In this document: in pieces, positions 20,377-30,435 of the stretch
How positions within the stretch are numbered: the stretch's first letter is position 1
Layout: each line of letters starts with the position of its first letter
Sequence record: DRR723986_1430
DNA: 62,712 nucleotides
Strand: one strand, 5' to 3'
Notes under the pieces: generated by a model
Told to the model about the DNA's origin: nothing
Databases searched by the model: none
Seen by the model: the letters and a program-made list of their open reading frames with translations, nothing else
Position numbers and translations under genes: made by a program

Positions 20377-20976
20377 TTGAAGCAACCGCTTATACTAGCG
20401 TCTAAAAGCAAAACCCGATGTCGTATGCTTGAAAATGCCGCAGTAACCGTTGATGTTTTGCCCGCATTTTTTGATGAAACTGCCCTTAAAGAAAGTATGA
20501 TTGCGGAAGGTATGTCTGCCCGCGATATGGCGGATAATCTCGCTAATGCAAAAGCTCGGAGTGTTAGCTTACAGCACCCCGATAGGCTGGTATTGGGCGC
20601 TGACCAAATATTGGTTCAAGACGGGCAAGTTTTCTCAAAGGCACAAACCGCGCCGCAAGCCAAATCAACATTAAAAGCGTTATCAGGCAAAACCCATCAG
20701 TTGGTATCTGCCGCTGTTATCTATGAAGATCAAATGCCGGTGTGGCGGGCGGTAACAACTGCATCGTTAACAGTGCGGAGCCTGTCAGATGATTATATTG
20801 ACCATTATCTAACGCAGCTTGGCGATGACGCTTTCTGGAGTGTGGGGTGTTATCAGCTAGAAGGGCTGGGTGTTCAGCTTTTCAGTAAAATAAACGGTGA
20901 TTATTTTACTATTCTTGGGCTGCCCCTATTGCCGGTTCTTGATTTTTTGCGTGGTCGCGGCATAGTGCCAACATGA
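20377..20976 (+). CDS. maf: Maf-family nucleoside triphosphate pyrophosphatase
   Basis: LILASKSKTR, VLGADQ and GDYFTILGLPL. Confidence 0.93.
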   Translation: MKQPLILASKSKTRCRMLENAAVTVDVLPAFFDETALKESMIAEGMSARDMADNLANAKARSVSLQHPDRLVLGADQILVQDGQVFSKAQTAPQAKSTLKALSGKTHQLVSAAVIYEDQMPVWRAVTTASLTVRSLSDDYIDHYLTQLGDDAFWSVGCYQLEGLGVQLFSKINGDYFTILGLPLLPVLDFLRGRGIVPT

Positions 20977-21875
20977 TGGCTGATCCAAAAAAAACATCAG
21001 AAAAAGCACCTGAAAAATCACCGCTGAAAGTCGCGGTAATTGGTATGCCTATTGGGCAATCTCTGTCTCCGCTCATGCATACTCATTGGTTTAAAGCGGC
21101 TGGCCTGGCTGGAGACTATTCAGCAATTGAGGTTACAACAACAGGTCTTGAGGCGCAGTTGATGGCGTTTAAAAAGAGCCGATTGTCAGGCTTTAACATT
21201 ACGATGCCGCACAAAACCGCCATCATGCCCTTCCTGGACAAGCTATCGCCGTCTGCTCAACAAATTGGGGCGGTGAATACGGTAAAAATTAATCAGGACG
21301 GTATGGCTGTTGGCTTTAATACTGATGGTATTGGTTTTTTAAAAAATCTGAATGAACAAGCGCCCGGCTGGCCAAAAGATAAACCGGCATTGGTGCTTGG
21401 CGCTGGCGGTGCTACGCGCGCAATTGTGACCGCACTGTTGAATGACGGTGTCCCTATGATCATGCTATGCAACCGAACGCAAACCACTGCACAAAAACTG
21501 GCCAATGATATTGGCCGTGGCCGCGTTACGGTTGTTGACTGGGGCGACCAACATCACGCTATTACCGCTGCGGGTTTGGTCGTTAATGCCACAGTGCTAG
21601 GCATGGTAGGGCAGGAAAAACTTTCTTTGAAACTGGCCGGTGCTGCGTCTGACACGGTTGTGTATGATATTGTTTATAAACCATTGAATACAGAGTTGCT
21701 GCAATCAGCCAAGCAACACGGCCTTAAAACCGTTGACGGCTTGGGCATGCTTGTGCATCAGGGTGCGGCGGCTTTCAAAATATGGTTTGACCGTGATGCC
21801 GAGTATGATGAAGCGCTACGATCTAAGCTTCTCAGCGCGCTCGGCGAAACACAAACAAGTGAGGGCGCGCCGTGA
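20973..21875 (+). CDS. aroE: Shikimate dehydrogenase
   Basis: SLSPLMH, NITMPHK, GAVNT, NTDG, LGAGG and DGLGMLVHQ. Confidence 0.95.
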   Translation: MMADPKKTSEKAPEKSPLKVAVIGMPIGQSLSPLMHTHWFKAAGLAGDYSAIEVTTTGLEAQLMAFKKSRLSGFNITMPHKTAIMPFLDKLSPSAQQIGAVNTVKINQDGMAVGFNTDGIGFLKNLNEQAPGWPKDKPALVLGAGGATRAIVTALLNDGVPMIMLCNRTQTTAQKLANDIGRGRVTVVDWGDQHHAITAAGLVVNATVLGMVGQEKLSLKLAGAASDTVVYDIVYKPLNTELLQSAKQHGLKTVDGLGMLVHQGAAAFKIWFDRDAEYDEALRSKLLSALGETQTSEGAP

Positions 21876-22471
21876 AAATAGTGGGGCTCACTGGGTCAAT
21901 TGGTATGGGCAAGTCTGAAACAGCGCGCATGTTTGCACGCAGCGGCGTGCCCGTTTTTGATGCTGATGCGGTTGTGCACACACTGCAAGCAACAGGCGGA
22001 CGTGCTATTCCTGCAATTGCCGCTGCCTTCCCCGGCGTTGTTCAAGGCGGTGTTTTGGACCGTCAAAAGCTCGGTAGCCTTATTTTTGCAGATGTCGTTG
22101 CCAAGAAAAAACTGGAAGCAATCATGCACCCAATGGTGGCAGAGGAGCGGGTTAGTTTTTTTCGCGAGGCAGAGGGTTCTGGCGCCGCTTTTGTCGTGCT
22201 TGATGTGCCGCTCTTGTTTGAAACCGGGGGCAACAAAGCCTGTGATGCGGTTATTGTGGTGTCTGCACCCGTAGACATTCAGCGCGAGCGGGTTCTTGCG
22301 CGCCCCGGCATGACGACAGACAAATTTGAACATATTCTCTCGCAGCAAGCGCCAGACGCTGACAAACGGGCTGGCGCAGACTATATTATTGAAACAGATA
22401 AAGACCTCGCCCACGCGGCGGCGGCGGTTAAGCGTATTATAAGTGAATTAACGGAGCGTTACGGGTCATGA
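21872..22471 (+). CDS. coaE: Dephospho-CoA kinase
   Basis: GLTGSIGMGKS, DADAVVH and DVPLLFE. Confidence 0.96.
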   Translation: MKIVGLTGSIGMGKSETARMFARSGVPVFDADAVVHTLQATGGRAIPAIAAAFPGVVQGGVLDRQKLGSLIFADVVAKKKLEAIMHPMVAEERVSFFREAEGSGAAFVVLDVPLLFETGGNKACDAVIVVSAPVDIQRERVLARPGMTTDKFEHILSQQAPDADKRAGADYIIETDKDLAHAAAAVKRIISELTERYGS

Positions 22472-23133
22472 GAGAGCTTATTTTCGATACAGAAACCACC
22501 GGCTTTGACCCCTTGTCTGGTGACAGGTTGATAGAAATTGGTTTGGTTGAAATGGTTGAAAAATCACTCACGGGTTCAACTTATCATATGTATGTAAACC
22601 CCGAACGCGATGTGCCTGAAAGCGCCTTCAAGGTACACGGCCTGTCCACTGACTTTTTGAAAGACAAACCTGTTTTTTCGGAAATTATGGATGAGTTTCT
22701 GGAGTATGTTGGCGATGACAGCGTGTTGGTTGCTCACAATGCCGACTTTGATATGCGCTTTATTAACTGGGAACTGGAAAATGCGGGTCGGCCCATCATT
22801 CACGCCAAGCGCTTTATAGACACGCTGGCCATCGCTCGTACAAAGTTTCCAGGTGCTGCCAACAGTTTGGATGCTTTATGTAAGCGGTTTGGTGTGAACA
22901 ACACGCACCGCACGTTGCACGGCGCTTTGATGGATGCCGAAATTTTGGCCGATGTTTACATCGAGCTGCTGGGCGGTAGGCAGGGCGGCATGGACTTGGC
23001 GGTTGAGAAAGCAGCTTTTTCTGCCGGGCCAAAGAAACAACGCGAGCGTCGAAGCTTTCCTGTGAGCGATGAAGAACTTACCGCCCACAAAGACTTTATT
23101 AAAACTCTGGAAAAACCGATATGGGGTATTTAG
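22468..23133 (+). CDS. dnaQ: DNA polymerase III epsilon subunit
   Basis: DTETTG, AHNADFD and HGALMDAEIL (Exo I-III motifs). Confidence 0.96.
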   Translation: MRELIFDTETTGFDPLSGDRLIEIGLVEMVEKSLTGSTYHMYVNPERDVPESAFKVHGLSTDFLKDKPVFSEIMDEFLEYVGDDSVLVAHNADFDMRFINWELENAGRPIIHAKRFIDTLAIARTKFPGAANSLDALCKRFGVNNTHRTLHGALMDAEILADVYIELLGGRQGGMDLAVEKAAFSAGPKKQRERRSFPVSDEELTAHKDFIKTLEKPIWGI

Positions 23134-23170
23134 TTAAAAACAGTATTTTTAAATCAAGCCTCTTTCGTGA

Positions 23171-23905
23171 TCAAAGAGAGGTGGGGTAGCGAAAGTGCTT
23201 AAAGTCTTCCGTATAAATTTGGCGGACAAGGTCGATAGTTTTCTCGCAATAGTCTTCAGTGTAGGGGCGCTTATCGCTTATGGCATTTTTCATAGCCTCT
23301 GGCGGATAATACCCGCTCAAATCAAGCATCAGTTTTTGTCCGACAGTCTTTATATCATGGTCGAAGGATTCGATGCGTCCAATAAAACCATATGGCACTA
23401 CATCTGCACAGGAAAGGTATGTTTGCGAGGCCCAATGTTCATCTCGCTTTTCGTCGCGAATGTCTCCCACCGCAGATAGAAAGTCATAGAAAGAAACATG
23501 GGTTTGCAACTGAGGCTTTTTAATCTTAAGCGTCTTTAAGATCTGCTTTTTCTCTTGTCGGTTGCCGTTAATTTTGTCGCGCCAAGCGCTGACGGCGCGC
23601 CGGAAGGGGTCTCGCACAAACAGAAACCGGAAGAAGTCTTCTCCGAACAATATATCTGTGAGCTGTGCGCGGGATAGTTGATAAGGTTTAATGAAGGGGG
23701 AGTTCTCTACAACAGGGTGGAAATCGATCCATTTTCTGTTGAGTTCCTGCATTTCCAGCTTTTGGAAAATGTGGTTTAAACTCGTGGTTCCAACCTTTGC
23801 CACTGCTGAGTAAACATAGCGATGCTTGATCGAAATATTAAACCGTCGATTAAGACCAATATTGCCGTGCTTTTTGTAGAGGTTTGATACTGTCTCGAGC
23901 GACAT
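23171..23905 (-). CDS. Sulfotransferase family 2 (HNK-1/CHST-like carbohydrate sulfotransferase)
   Basis: 5'-PSB-like VAKVGTTS, 3'-PB-like FVRDPFRRAVSAW, DEHWASQ, FIGRIE and IYTEDFKHFRY. Confidence 0.85.
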   Translation of the reverse strand: MSLETVSNLYKKHGNIGLNRRFNISIKHRYVYSAVAKVGTTSLNHIFQKLEMQELNRKWIDFHPVVENSPFIKPYQLSRAQLTDILFGEDFFRFLFVRDPFRRAVSAWRDKINGNRQEKKQILKTLKIKKPQLQTHVSFYDFLSAVGDIRDEKRDEHWASQTYLSCADVVPYGFIGRIESFDHDIKTVGQKLMLDLSGYYPPEAMKNAISDKRPYTEDYCEKTIDLVRQIYTEDFKHFRYPTSL

Positions 23906-23915
23906 GATCAGCTAT

Positions 23916-24704
23916 CTAATCGATACTGTTGAAAAACCGGCCAAGTGGTACACCGATGGGGCAGAAGATGTCTTTGCCTTGATCACAGTCATACAAGCTG
24001 AAGGTTGTCACATCGGCGCGGCCAACAAAATAGGCTTCAGGCACATAACCAATATCATTAAGGTTACGACTATCTGATGACCCGTCGCGGTTATCCCCCA
24101 TCATAAAATAATGACCAGGTGGCACAACATACGGCCCGGTTCTGTCATATTGGCCGCGGTCTGTTCTCTCATAAATTCTGTGCACAACACCGTTTGGCAG
24201 CGTTTCATCATATTCTTTAACGCGCAGCTCATTGCCGTTGTAACTGGTGTAGGAAACTTCGCGCACAAGCGTTCGCTCAACAATCTTGTCATTTATATAC
24301 AAACGCCCATCAATCATTTGGATGCGGTCGCCCGGCAGGCCAATCACGCGTTTTATAAAGTCTTCATAGCCGCGTTTAGGCAAGGTAAAGACTGCCACAT
24401 CCCCTCTCTTTGGGGTGTCAGCAAACACGCGGTCTTCCGGTATAAATTCCGGGTCAAAATATACACTGAACCTATTGTAACCGTATGATAATTTAGAAAC
24501 GAAAATTCGATCACCAACTTCCAGTGTTGGCTCCATGCTGCCGCTTGGAATGTGAAAGCTGGTCCAACCAAAGGTGCTAAAAACCACATAGAAAAAGAAA
24601 ATTACGATAATATCTTTAACCAGCGCGAAGGCCTCATTCACTGGTTTTTGGTCGACCTTAGGGGCCTTGTCTGCGCTTTGGTTTTTGGTGTTTTCCACTG
24701 TCAC
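23916..24704 (-). CDS. lepB: Signal peptidase I (LepB family)
   Basis: Single transmembrane segment, then IPSGSMEPTL (catalytic Ser), FIKRVIGLPGD (Lys) and GDNRDGSSDSR. Start taken at GTG 24704, which has AAAGG upstream. Confidence 0.92.
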   Translation of the reverse strand: MTVENTKNQSADKAPKVDQKPVNEAFALVKDIIVIFFFYVVFSTFGWTSFHIPSGSMEPTLEVGDRIFVSKLSYGYNRFSVYFDPEFIPEDRVFADTPKRGDVAVFTLPKRGYEDFIKRVIGLPGDRIQMIDGRLYINDKIVERTLVREVSYTSYNGNELRVKEYDETLPNGVVHRIYERTDRGQYDRTGPYVVPPGHYFMMGDNRDGSSDSRNLNDIGYVPEAYFVGRADVTTFSLYDCDQGKDIFCPIGVPLGRFFNSID

Positions 24705-24747
24705 GGTAGAGCCTTTATTCTTGCGGTTTTCTACGCATATGTTTTCA

Positions 24748-24762
24748 TTAAGGCCCAATTAA
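24748..24762. promoter_or_regulatory. CtrA-type box TTAA-N7-TTAA upstream of lepB
   Basis: TTAA-GGCCCAA-TTAA, 44-58 bp upstream of the proposed lepB start. Confidence 0.55.
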
Positions 24763-24968
24763 GTGGGCTAACTTGTTTCCAAGAACGCTGGCGATTTTAC
24801 TGGTGCGCGCCGCTATTGCAATCATTGATTCTAATTCAGGGCGGCTTCAAGGAAATTAAGGTACCAGTATGTGTGCTATGTAAGCGCCTTTCATTAATAA
24901 TGGGTAACTGCGGGCTGTTTGCCAAGGCGCGGCCTAAAAAATAGAATCAAATTAATTACATACAAACC

Positions 24969-24999
24969 CTTGCGAAGGCCTTGTGCGATCCCTATATAG
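24969..24999 (+). promoter_or_regulatory. RpoH (sigma32)-type promoter of dnaKJ
   Basis: CTTG-N18-CCTATATAG fits the alphaproteobacterial RpoH consensus, about 130 bp upstream of dnaK. Confidence 0.75.
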
Positions 25000-25130
25000 G
25001 CGCTGAAACCGGTAGGCCTCGGGATGTTTTCGGGCTTGCCACTTTAAAGTAAAATCAACACCCAAGAGGTTGCAATAGGGTGCCAAAAGTGGGCCTAAGC
25101 AATCGGCTGTTAAAGGGATGAGGTAAAAAA

Positions 25131-27062
25131 ATGGCTAAAGTAATTGGTATTGATCTGGGTACAACAAACTCTTGTGTATCGATCATGGACGGCTCTAAGC
25201 CCAAGGTAATTGAAAATTCAGAAGGCGGGCGTACCACCCCGTCTGTGGTTGGTTTCACCGACGAAGGTGAGCGCCTTGTTGGTATGGCGGCAAAGCGTCA
25301 AGGGGTTACAAACCCGAGCGACACGCTTTTCGCTATCAAGCGTCTTATTGGTCGCACTTACGACGACCCGACCACGCAAAAAGATATGAAAATGGTTCCC
25401 TACAACATAGTGAAAGCTGAAGGCGGCGATGCATGGGTTGAAGCCAAGGGCGAAAAATATTCGCCAAGCCAGGTGTCAGCAATGATCCTGCAAAAAATGA
25501 AAGAAACCGCTGAAAGCTACTTGGGTGAAGATGTAGACCAGGCGGTTATCACCGTACCTGCATACTTCAACGATGCTCAGCGCCAGGCAACGAAAGACGC
25601 TGGTAAAATCGCTGGCCTAGAAGTGTTGCGGATTATCAACGAGCCAACTGCAGCTGCTCTTGCATACGGTCTGGAAAAAGAAGACGGCCACACAATTGCT
25701 GTGTTTGACCTTGGCGGCGGCACGTTCGATGTGTCTGTGCTTGAGATCGGTGATGGTGTATTTGAAGTGAAGTCTACTAACGGTGACACTTTCCTCGGCG
25801 GTGAAGACTTTGACATGCGTCTGGTTGATTATCTGGCCGACGAGTTCAAAAAAGAAAATACCGTTGATCTGCGCGAAGACAAAATGGCACTTCAGCGCTT
25901 GAAGGAAGCCGCGGAGAAAGCAAAAATCGAACTTTCATCGTCGCAGCAAACCGAAGTGAACCTGCCGTTTATCACGGCTGATGCGTCTGGTCCTAAACAC
26001 CTTCAAATCAAACTTACCCGCTCGAAGCTGGAAAGTTTGGTTGAAGATTTGGTTAAGCGCACGCTTGAGCCTTGCAAAAAAGCCCTTAAGGATGCGGGTT
26101 TGGCTGCGGGTGAAATTGACGATGTTGTTCTCGTAGGCGGTCAGACCCGCATGCCCAAAATTCAGGAAATCGTTAAAGAGTTCTTTGGCCGCGAGCCTCA
26201 CAAGGGTGTGAACCCTGATGAAGTTGTTGCTATGGGTGCTGCTATTCAGGCGGGTGTTCTGCAGGGCGATGTTAAAGACGTTCTGTTGCTTGATGTAACG
26301 CCTCTGTCTCTTGGTATTGAAACGCTTGGCGGCGTGTTCACGCGCCTCATTGAACGCAACACAACCATTCCAACCAAAAAGTCTCAGGTCTTTTCAACCG
26401 CGGAAGACAACCAGGGCGCTGTGACGATTCGGGTTTTCCAAGGCGAGCGCGAAATGGCTGCAGACAACAAACTTCTTGGTCAGTTTGATCTGGTTGGTAT
26501 CCCGTCTGCACCGCGCGGTGTACCTCAAATTGAGGTTACTTTCGACATTGATGCCAACGGCATTGTGAACGTGTCTGCTAAAGATAAAGGCACCGGCAAA
26601 GAGCAGCAGATCCGCATTCAGGCGTCTGGTGGTTTGTCAGATGATGATATCGAGCAAATGGTGAAAGATGCTGAAGCCAACGCTGATGCCGACAAGGCCC
26701 GCAAGGAACTTGTTGAAGCGAAAAACCAAGGTGAAGCGCTGATCCATTCGTCTGAAAAAAGCCTTGATGAGCATAAAGATAAAGTAACCGACGAAGACAA
26801 AACAGCTATTGAAGCTGCGGTTGCTGAACTCCGCACGGTGCTTGAAGGTGAAGACGCAGATGCGATCAAGCAAAAAACGGAGGCGCTGGCGCAAGCTTCC
26901 ATGAAGCTCGGCGAGCAAATCTATAAAGAAAGCCAGGAAGCAGCAGCCGGTGACCCGGATGCCGCGGCGGCCGATGCTGCAGCAAAAGCGGCTGAAGCCG
27001 AAGAAGCTGATGATGTTGTTGATGTTGACTTTGAAGAAGTCGACGAAGACGACAAAAAGTAA
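25131..27062 (+). CDS. dnaK: Chaperone DnaK (Hsp70)
   Basis: [27 protein letters not shown] and NPDEVVA. Confidence 0.99.
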   Translation: MAKVIGIDLGTTNSCVSIMDGSKPKVIENSEGGRTTPSVVGFTDEGERLVGMAAKRQGVTNPSDTLFAIKRLIGRTYDDPTTQKDMKMVPYNIVKAEGGDAWVEAKGEKYSPSQVSAMILQKMKETAESYLGEDVDQAVITVPAYFNDAQRQATKDAGKIAGLEVLRIINEPTAAALAYGLEKEDGHTIAVFDLGGGTFDVSVLEIGDGVFEVKSTNGDTFLGGEDFDMRLVDYLADEFKKENTVDLREDKMALQRLKEAAEKAKIELSSSQQTEVNLPFITADASGPKHLQIKLTRSKLESLVEDLVKRTLEPCKKALKDAGLAAGEIDDVVLVGGQTRMPKIQEIVKEFFGREPHKGVNPDEVVAMGAAIQAGVLQGDVKDVLLLDVTPLSLGIETLGGVFTRLIERNTTIPTKKSQVFSTAEDNQGAVTIRVFQGEREMAADNKLLGQFDLVGIPSAPRGVPQIEVTFDIDANGIVNVSAKDKGTGKEQQIRIQASGGLSDDDIEQMVKDAEANADADKARKELVEAKNQGEALIHSSEKSLDEHKDKVTDEDKTAIEAAVAELRTVLEGEDADAIKQKTEALAQASMKLGEQIYKESQEAAAGDPDAAAADAAAKAAEAEEADDVVDVDFEEVDEDDKK

Positions 27063-27090
27063 TCAGGTGATTTAACCAACCCTGTAAAAC

Positions 27091-27121
27091 ATGCCGTCTC
27101 AACCCGTTGGGGCGGCATTTT
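27091..27121 (+). terminator. Terminator or stabilising stem-loop between dnaK and dnaJ
   Basis: ATGCCGTCTCAAC-CC-GTTGGGGCGGCAT followed by a short T-run. Confidence 0.6.
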
Positions 27122-27175
27122 AATGAGGGTGGTTGTTCACTGTAATACTCATCGTTTAGCTTCGGGAACAGACCA

Positions 27176-28315
27176 ATGGCAAAACAAGACTATTACGAGC
27201 TTTTAGGTGTTGGAAAAGACGCTGATGAAGGCACGCTTAAAAAAGCGTTCCGAAAAAAGGCTATGGAGTTTCACCCAGACAGAAACCCGGACAACCCGGA
27301 AGCCGAGAAGAAATTCAAGGAATTCGGCGAAGCCTATGATGTTCTAAAGGACCCTGAAAAGCGCGCAGCCTACGACAGGTACGGTCATGCTGCATTTGAA
27401 GGCGGCATGGGTGGCCCTGGCGGCGGTGCTGGTGCTGGCGGGTTTGACTTTTCTGACGTGTTTGAAGAGTTTTTTGGCGACTTTATGGGCGGCGGTGGTC
27501 GGCGTGGTGGTCGCAGAGGCGGCCCTGCTCGCGGGTCTGACCTGCGCTTCAACATGGAAATTTCCCTTGAAGATGCCTTCAACGGAAAAACTGACCAAAT
27601 AACCATTCCAACGTCGGTTGGCTGTGAACCTTGCGGTGGTTCAGGTGCTGAACCAGGCTCAAGCCCAGAAGTGTGCGGCACATGTGGCGGCGCCGGGAAA
27701 GTGCGCGCGAACCAAGGTTTTTTCATGGTTGAGCGTACTTGCCCCAAGTGTCAGGGCGCGGGTCAAACAATTTCCAGCCCGTGTAAATCCTGTCGCGGTG
27801 CGGGGAAGGTTCAAAAAGAGAAAACCCTTCAGGTTAAAATTCCAAAAGGGGTTGAAGAAGGAACGCGCATTCGCCTGTCCGGCGAGGGTGAAGCGGGCGG
27901 TCGCGGTGCGCCGTCTGGTGATTTGTATATTTTCATATCATTGAAGCCGCACCCATTGTTCAAGCGGGATAGCGACATGCTGTTTTGCCGGGTGCCTATT
28001 CCAATGGCGACGGCAACACTTGGCGGCAACATTGAAGTGCCAACCATTGAGGGGAAGCGTGCGCGCATTAAAGTGCCTGCAGGCACGCAGAGCGGCCGGC
28101 AATTCCGTCTTAAAGGCAAGGGAATGCCTGAGCTAAATGGCGGCTTTGTTGGTGATATGATCATTGAAACCATGGTTGAAACGCCAGTGAACCTAACCAA
28201 GCGTCAACGCGAGTTGATGGGTGAGTTCGCTGCTGAAGGTGGGGAAAGCGTGTCACCGCAATCTGATGGGTTTTTCACCAAGGTTAAGGAGCTTTGGGAA
28301 GACCTAACGGATTAA
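27176..28315 (+). CDS. dnaJ: Chaperone DnaJ
   Basis: HPD J-domain, G/F-rich region and four CxxCxGxG repeats. Confidence 0.99.
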   Translation: MAKQDYYELLGVGKDADEGTLKKAFRKKAMEFHPDRNPDNPEAEKKFKEFGEAYDVLKDPEKRAAYDRYGHAAFEGGMGGPGGGAGAGGFDFSDVFEEFFGDFMGGGGRRGGRRGGPARGSDLRFNMEISLEDAFNGKTDQITIPTSVGCEPCGGSGAEPGSSPEVCGTCGGAGKVRANQGFFMVERTCPKCQGAGQTISSPCKSCRGAGKVQKEKTLQVKIPKGVEEGTRIRLSGEGEAGGRGAPSGDLYIFISLKPHPLFKRDSDMLFCRVPIPMATATLGGNIEVPTIEGKRARIKVPAGTQSGRQFRLKGKGMPELNGGFVGDMIIETMVETPVNLTKRQRELMGEFAAEGGESVSPQSDGFFTKVKELWEDLTD

Positions 28316-28340
28316 AGTTCTAGCGAACCGGTAATTATTT

Positions 28341-28369
28341 AAAAGCCGCCTTATACGGGCGGCTTTTTT
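28341..28369 (+). terminator. Rho-independent terminator after dnaJ
   Basis: AAAAGCCGCC-TTATACG-GGCGGCTTTTTT. Confidence 0.85.
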
Positions 28370-28447
28370 GTTGGCTCAGTCGCGCTATGCTTGACAAAAG
28401 CTATGGTGACCCAAATGCTGTTACCTTCAGGCATAAAGGTGATTGAA

Positions 28448-29668
28448 ATGAAAAAAATATTGATGGCGGCGTTATTCATTGCGTTATGCGGTGCAGAAGC
28501 ACAAGACAATCGGCCAGAAGGGGTAACAGGTGCCACGTGGCAATTTGGCCCACTCAATCGCTGGGCCTACACCCATATTCGCGAGATATTGCCAACAAAA
28601 GACATTCCCAATGATTACCGGACAGTACGACCGCTTGTTGGTTTGGTTGATGCGGCGGATAATTTGGCAATTAACATCGCTGGAAAGACCGTAAAGCTAT
28701 CAACAGCCATGGACCAAAATTACGTTGATGGTCTTTTGGTTCTCAAAAACGGTCAGGTTATCGTTGAGCGCTATGCGGGCACCTTGACGCAAGAGCGCAC
28801 GCATCTTTTGTGGTCTGTTAGTAAAACTATAACCGGATTAACTGCCGCCAGTGTCGCTGCAGATGGTTTGATTGACCTTAGTAAAACTGTTGGTGATTAC
28901 GTGCCGGAGCTGGCCGAAAGCGGTTGGGGCAATGACACACTGCGGGCCCTTCTGGATATGCGCGACACGTCAAACTGGAATGAGGATTACAGCGCGCCAG
29001 ATAGCACCGTTCGGCGACAGGACTGTGCTGACGGGTTGCTGACCGGCGAGATGTGCCGGGACACCAAAGTCATCGGTAACTATAAGTTTTTGCCGGCTGT
29101 GGGCCGGGACGAAACCCGTGCCGACACTTTTATCTATAAATCAGGCACAACAGATGTGGTTGCCTGGGTGCTTGAAGCGGCAACTGGCAAGCGGTTTGCT
29201 GACTTGGTCTCTGAGCGCATCTGGAAGCCAATGGGCGCAGAACGGAGCGCGGCCATCACAGTTGATGTGTCCGGCTTTACACTTGCCAGTGGCGGTATGG
29301 TTGCCACCCTCAGGGATTTGGCGCGGGTGGGCCAATTGATGCTGGACCGCGGCAAGGTGGGGGAACAACAAGTTATTCCTGCCGCATGGCTTGACGACAT
29401 TTTTAATCAACCCGGAGACCCGTCTTGGTCTGCACCCAAACCTGAGGGCACGGCGCCCTATTATCGTTCTTTTGTCTGGGGAGCAGGAGACGGCAAAGGC
29501 ACCGTTCAAGCGCGCGGGGTCCACGGCCAGATTATTGATGTGTCGCCATCAACTGGCACAGTTGTCGCGGTTTTTTCGTCGTGGCCTGATGCCTCTGGCG
29601 GCGCACCGGGTGTAGGCGGCGCAGCAACTGATGCGCTCATTCAAGCCGTAAAAGCAGCGATTAATTAG
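28448..29668 (+). CDS. Secreted beta-lactamase-fold serine hydrolase (NylB / class C-like)
   Basis: Signal peptide MKKILMAALF...AEA-Q; SxxK motif in WSVSKT; YKS; ASGGM...LRDLARVG; ARGVHGQ. Confidence 0.85.
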   Translation: MKKILMAALFIALCGAEAQDNRPEGVTGATWQFGPLNRWAYTHIREILPTKDIPNDYRTVRPLVGLVDAADNLAINIAGKTVKLSTAMDQNYVDGLLVLKNGQVIVERYAGTLTQERTHLLWSVSKTITGLTAASVAADGLIDLSKTVGDYVPELAESGWGNDTLRALLDMRDTSNWNEDYSAPDSTVRRQDCADGLLTGEMCRDTKVIGNYKFLPAVGRDETRADTFIYKSGTTDVVAWVLEAATGKRFADLVSERIWKPMGAERSAAITVDVSGFTLASGGMVATLRDLARVGQLMLDRGKVGEQQVIPAAWLDDIFNQPGDPSWSAPKPEGTAPYYRSFVWGAGDGKGTVQARGVHGQIIDVSPSTGTVVAVFSSWPDASGGAPGVGGAATDALIQAVKAAIN

Positions 29669-29697
29669 TCGTATGTTGAAGGTTAACTCGCTTAAGC

Positions 29698-30315
29698 CTA
29701 TTCCAAATACCGGTTGAGCAAATGACCAAGCTCATCAATCAGGGCTTGGGCTTTGTCTTCATCTTCTTCTTCAAGGGACAGATCCACTAATATAGAGACA
29801 ATAGTTACAATTGTTTTTGTTGCGGCAGCTTGTCTTTCGGGCGGAAAGGAAACGCCGCCATTCATGAGCGTCTTTTCAACGAGCGCTGCCAGATTGCTAC
29901 CATCGCCGGGAGTAACATCCCACAGTGAATAATGTTTATTGGCCCATTGTGTCAGGGTGCGAAAACTGGGGTGAGACCGTGCGGTTTTAACGAAGATATT
30001 CAATAAATAACCAATGGTATCAGACACGGGCATATTCACAGGTGCTGCCTGTTGCGCATCTGCCATGCCGGATTCTATCTCACCGTACGCCGCGCGGTAT
30101 AAGTGATCGAGAATATCTACCCTGTCATCGAAGTAGCGATATACAGACCCTACCGGAATGCCCGCTTTTCGGGCAACCGTGGTTGTAGTGATATCACCAA
30201 TGTGGCCGGACATGACAAGGTCATTCGCTGCCTTGAGAATGTCATCCTTGCGTGCGCGAGCCCTTTCCTGCGTGGGTTCAGGCCTGAGAGTTGGTCTTGC
30301 TACTGCGGTTGTCAT
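29698..30315 (-). CDS. TetR/AcrR-family transcriptional regulator
   Basis: PTQERARAR...ITTTTVARKAGIPVGSVYRYF helix-turn-helix. Confidence 0.92.
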   Translation of the reverse strand: MTTAVARPTLRPEPTQERARARKDDILKAANDLVMSGHIGDITTTTVARKAGIPVGSVYRYFDDRVDILDHLYRAAYGEIESGMADAQQAAPVNMPVSDTIGYLLNIFVKTARSHPSFRTLTQWANKHYSLWDVTPGDGSNLAALVEKTLMNGGVSFPPERQAAATKTIVTIVSILVDLSLEEEDEDKAQALIDELGHLLNRYLE

Positions 30316-30341
30316 CTTTTTATTTTAGCGGCATTTCAAGG

Positions 30342-30362
30342 AAAGTGAAACAGTTTCATTTT
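30342..30362. promoter_or_regulatory. Putative TetR operator palindrome
   Basis: AAAGTGAAAC-A-GTTTCATTTT in the divergent TetR/beta-helix gap, next to a TTGACT -35 at 30365-30370. Confidence 0.6.
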
Positions 30363-30435
30363 TATTGACTTCTCGCCCGTTGCTGCGGCATTGTCGGCAA
30401 CAAACGCGCGTATAACTTTCGATGAAGGATAAATT

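Noticed and set aside
20985..21020. Degenerate 12-bp repeats in the aroE N-terminal extension (PKKT-SEKA-PEKS)
   Set aside because: Short, in-frame and degenerate; most likely neutral slippage in a disordered tail.
28448..29668. The serine hydrolase as an antibiotic-resistance beta-lactamase
   Set aside because: It has YxS rather than YxN and lacks KTG; the pattern fits NylB-like esterases/amidases.
30345..30358. GTGAAACAGTTTCA as an additional parS
   Set aside because: The half-sites are in the reverse arrangement and the central CACGTG is missing; it is better explained as a TetR operator.
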